The position numbers were made by a program, and so were the translations under genes. A stretch of DNA of 64,000 nt from an uncultured Piscirickettsiaceae bacterium (GTDB taxonomy: Bacteria; Pseudomonadota; Gammaproteobacteria; PS1; Pseudothioglobaceae). Position 1 is the first letter of the stretch; every line of letters starts with the position of its first letter. A model generated the notes under the pieces. The model was not told the origin of the DNA and did no database searches. It saw only the letters and a list, made by a program, of their open reading frames with translations. This document shows positions 63,657-64,000 of this stretch, piece by piece. The stretch spans positions 4,380-68,379 of the forward strand of contig CAZYIW010000003.1 in the NCBI GenBank assembly GCA_964647705.1. The letters run 5' to 3'.

Positions 63657-64000
63657 ATGAAATTAAAACGCTCCTTAAACCTACCTCTTTTAACTTTATA
63701 TGGTTTGGGTAATATTCTAGGCGCAGGTATTTATGTTTTAATTGGCAAGGTTTCCGCCACCGCTGATTTATTTACCCCAGTGGCATTTTTGGTTGCCTCA
63801 TTGTTGGTGGCAACCACCGCTTTTACTTTCAGTGAGCTTTCCTCAAGATACCCCAAAAGTGCAGGCCCTGCGCTCTACTTATATAAAGCTTTTGGCACCA
63901 AACGACTCTCGGTTGTGATTGGTTTATTAATAATCGCCACAAGTGTGCTCTCAGCATCCGCTATCACCAATGGTTTTGTGGGTTATTTCAATGTATTTTT
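63657..64000 (+). CDS. Amino acid/polyamine (APC superfamily) permease, N-terminal fragment (runs off the window)
   Basis: Absent from the ORF track because it has no stop. The ATG at 63657, right after the fmt stop, gives MKLKRSLNLPLLTLYGLGNILGAGIYVLIGKV...FSELSSRYPKSAGPALY, typical of APC permeases. Confidence 0.75.
   Translation, partial: MKLKRSLNLPLLTLYGLGNILGAGIYVLIGKVSATADLFTPVAFLVASLLVATTAFTFSELSSRYPKSAGPALYLYKAFGTKRLSVVIGLLIIATSVLSASAITNGFVGYFNVF

Noticed and set aside
1-64000. I scanned for rRNA and tRNA genes, CRISPR repeat arrays, IS or transposase genes, integrase, phage genes and defence-system genes.
   Set aside because: Intergenic spaces are all 235 bp or shorter. No cloverleaf-like or repeat-spacer structures were seen, and no ORF shows transposase, integrase, nuclease-helicase or defence motifs. 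I could not run tRNAscan or cmsearch, so small RNAs cannot be excluded.

Overview
This is a 64-kb, AT-rich, very tightly packed chromosomal segment from a gammaproteobacterium. The taxonomic call rests on local synteny typical of the class: fur<>bamE(omlA), M16-M16<>ftsY, lolB<>hemA-prfA and mnmA-hflD. I cannot name the species. I call about 80 protein genes, almost all housekeeping. In window order they are: glyS (partial), minC, tolQRA-ybgC-ruvB-lolB, hemA-prfA, znuB, fur, bamE, ccmAB, metK, ahcY, glyQ, an MscS-like channel and miaB. These are followed by a SCO1/PCuAC copper-chaperone cluster, ybeZ, mnmA-hflD, rpsT, a Smr protein and xseA. Next come M23 peptidases, ftsB-ispD-ispF-murC-murB-ddl-ftsQ, mltD-bolA, miaA, murD, rppH and hom-thrC-cysM. 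The rest are a CLC channel, hemJ, a 1230-aa FAD/Fe-S fusion oxidoreductase, two M16 peptidases, ftsY, hemC, phhB, argH, fmt and a partial APC permease. By eye I saw no rRNA, tRNA, CRISPR array, transposase, integrase or phage genes, so this is core genome rather than an obvious accessory island. Two RNA elements stand out: a clear SAH riboswitch in the ahcY leader, and a candidate SAM-II/V-like riboswitch with a terminator/antiterminator platform in the metK leader. Many classically conserved operons are broken up here (glyQ/glyS, minC without minDE, tolQRA without tolB-pal, a fragmented dcw cluster, miaB/ybeZ split by the copper cluster). Five convergent gene pairs physically overlap at their 3' ends. 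The most system-like unexplained locus is a translationally coupled trio downstream of ftsY (55736-57961). It encodes a secreted CxxC thioredoxin-fold protein, a TolC-family outer-membrane factor and a 159-aa 'mini' HlyD-type adaptor (lipoyl domain plus hairpin only), with no inner-membrane pump. Other second-look items are: an orphan DUF2384 (MbcA/ParS-like antitoxin-domain) gene coupled to minC; an HxHxQ GalT/Apa2-branch HIT enzyme behind metK-ahcY; a CLC lacking the gating Glu and central Tyr; a BamE with a repeat-expanded tail; and a terminator hairpin inside the 5' end of ftsB. All homology statements come from motif recognition by eye and none was checked against a database.
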